From a virus (Duplodnaviria; Heunggongvirae; Uroviricota; Caudoviricetes): DNA of 17,953 nucleotides. A program made the position numbers and the translations under genes. The notes beneath the pieces were generated by a model. It was not told the DNA's origin. It made no database searches and saw only the letters and a program-made list of their open reading frames with translations. Of the stretch, positions 16,573 to 17,953 are shown one piece after another (the stretch's first letter is position 1; each line of letters starts with the position of its first letter). The DNA lies in the IMG/VR virus record IMGVR_UViG_2657244940_000020; one strand, given 5' to 3'.

Positions 16573-16841
16573 GGAGGCTAACTTCTTGTTTACTAGTAAG
16601 CTGTTGAAAGAAATGGTAATTTACGATAATGTTTTTTACCAGAATTCAGGGCGCAGATTCATTCAGCGCACCTAAACGATAGTAAAGTAACAATATATTT
16701 TACTAGTGTAATCACATTAGGTATCAACGGCTATATGAATTGCGTTGGCCTATATTAGCATGGAATGCGAAGCGGCTTTATCTTACTGAACGCCACACTG
16801 GCGAAAAATGTGTTCGATAGACGCAGTGTCAGGAGGAACGA

Positions 16842-17219
16842 GTGAAACATAAACAACGTTGGGCGGGGGCAATCTGCTGTTTTGTCCTCTTCATTGTGGT
16901 GTGTCTTTTTCTGGCGACGCACATGAAAGGCGCTTTTCGGGCTGCCGGGCATCCTGAAATCGGTTTGCTATTTTTCATTCTTCCTGGTGCAGTTGCCAGC
17001 TTCTTTTCACATCGTAGAGAAGTCCTGAAACCTCTGTTTGGCGCAATGCTGGCGGCACCCTGTTCGATGCTCATTATGCGGCTGTTTTTTTCACCGACGC
17101 GCTCATTCTGGCAAGAGCTGGCATGGTTATTAAGTGCGGTGTTCTGGTGTGCGCTGGGGGCATTGTGTTTCTTATTTATCAGTAGTTTGTTTAAACCACA
17201 GCACAGAAAAAATCAATAA
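16842..17219 (+). CDS. ybjM: Inner membrane protein YbjM, 125 aa, GTG start
   Basis: ORF 16842..17219 (MKHKQRWAGAICCFVLFIVVCLFLATHMKG...), hydrophobic, preceded by AGGAGG at 16831-16836; divergent from ybjL as in E. coli. Confidence 0.85.
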   Translation: MKHKQRWAGAICCFVLFIVVCLFLATHMKGAFRAAGHPEIGLLFFILPGAVASFFSHRREVLKPLFGAMLAAPCSMLIMRLFFSPTRSFWQELAWLLSAVFWCALGALCFLFISSLFKPQHRKNQ

Positions 17220-17238
17220 AGCCCTCAACGCGAGGGCT
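17220..17238. terminator. Bidirectional intrinsic terminator between the convergent ybjM and grxA genes
   Basis: Hairpin AGCCCTC-aacgc-GAGGGCT at 17220-17238; on the minus strand it is followed by TTTATTGATTTTTT (a good terminator for grxA); weaker T-tract on the plus strand. Confidence 0.6.
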
Positions 17239-17248
17239 TGTCAGACGA

Positions 17249-17506
17249 TCAGGCGTCCAGATTCTCTTTCACCCATGCAGCAAAATCGGTATAGCCGCCG
17301 ATATGTTGCTGATCGACAAAAATCTGCGGCACGGTTTCTACGGGTTTACCTGCCTTTTGTTGTAGATCTTCTTTAGTGATCCCTTCCGCACGAATATCTA
17401 CATACTGATACTGGAAATCATCGCGCTCATTGCTCAATTTCTCGGCCAGATCTTTTGCACGCACACAGTAAGGGCAACCCGGACGACCAAAAATAACGGT
17501 TTGCAT
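17249..17506 (-). CDS. grxA: Glutaredoxin 1, 85 aa
   Basis: MQTVIFGRPGCPYCVRAKDLAEKL...VDQQHIGGYTDFAAWVKENLDA with the CPYC active site. The ORF track extends 5 codons upstream (17521), but the GrxA N-terminus is MQTVIFGR. Confidence 0.92.
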   Translation of the reverse strand: MQTVIFGRPGCPYCVRAKDLAEKLSNERDDFQYQYVDIRAEGITKEDLQQKAGKPVETVPQIFVDQQHIGGYTDFAAWVKENLDA

Positions 17507-17665
17507 TATTTCTCTCCTCATAGATTTATGCCTGTAATGATCACGCTAAAATGTATTCGCTGAAAGTAGGTTTAACCTGTTGCATTAATTGCTAAAAGCT
17601 ATAACTGTTAAACACAATGCAGTGAAAAGTTTTAGACTGAAGGCTCACTTTGCAGAGGGAAGCGT

Positions 17666-17953
17666 ATGCGCGCGATCGGTAAATTGCCTAAAAGCGTGTT
17701 GATACTGGAATTTATCGGAATGATGTTGCTGGCGGTGGCGCTGCTGTCGGTAAGCGACTCCCTGTCGCTACCTGAGCCATTTTCTCGGCCAGAAGTGCAG
17801 ATTCTGATGATTTTTCTCGGTGTTTTGCTCATGATTCCCGCTGCGGTGGTGGTTATTCTTCAGGTGGCAAAACGTCTTGCCCCACAGCTGATGAACCATC
17901 CACCGCAATATTCACGTTCAGAAAGAGAAAAAGATAATGACGCCAACCATTGA
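17666..17953 (+). CDS. ybjC: Small inner-membrane protein YbjC (DUF1418), 95 aa; stop codon is the last triplet of the window
   Basis: ORF 17666..17953 (MRAIGKLPKSVLILEFIGMMLLAVALL...), divergent from grxA as in the E. coli ybjC-nfsA locus. Confidence 0.85.
   Translation: MRAIGKLPKSVLILEFIGMMLLAVALLSVSDSLSLPEPFSRPEVQILMIFLGVLLMIPAAVVVILQVAKRLAPQLMNHPPQYSRSEREKDNDANH

Noticed and set aside
1-17953. CRISPR arrays, tRNA or rRNA genes, restriction-modification, toxin-antitoxin or other defence cassettes
   Set aside because: Scanned by eye for regular short direct repeats with spacers, tRNA-like structures and characteristic nuclease or methylase ORFs; none found. The only non-coding RNA recognised is rybB.

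Overview
This window reads as an Escherichia coli-type chromosomal segment carrying a defective P2-like prophage that has kept only its tail module. Gene identities below come from my own reading of the ORF translations against remembered protein families; no database search was run.

Layout, left to right:
- nt 1-669: the first 223 codons of host rlmN, ending abruptly at about nt 669/670.
- nt 670-846: a short in-frame tail that looks like the C-terminus of a P2 R-type tail completion gene.
- nt 839-14365: a complete P2-type tail and baseplate gene set (S, V, W, J, I, H, G, FI, FII, E with E+E', T, U, D).
- nt 14432-14650: the late activator ogr.
- nt 14729-14809 (minus strand): the sigma-E dependent sRNA gene rybB, directly after the prophage end.
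- nt 14887-17953: conserved host genes ybjL, ybjM, grxA and ybjC.

The G-to-FI slot holds a Gin/Pin/Hin-type invertible tail-fibre switch. It has two 26-bp crossover sites in inverted orientation (4814-4839 inside H, 6714-6739), an alternative fibre C-terminus plus alternative chaperone on the minus strand, and the invertase gene at 6795-7361.

No integrase, immunity, replication, capsid, terminase or lysis genes are present, and I saw no CRISPR array, IS element or tRNA. The most unusual feature is the rlmN::phage junction, which is not an att site and leaves a tail-only remnant behind a host gene in the same orientation. I did not find a recognisable new defence or toxin system; the novelty here is structural.
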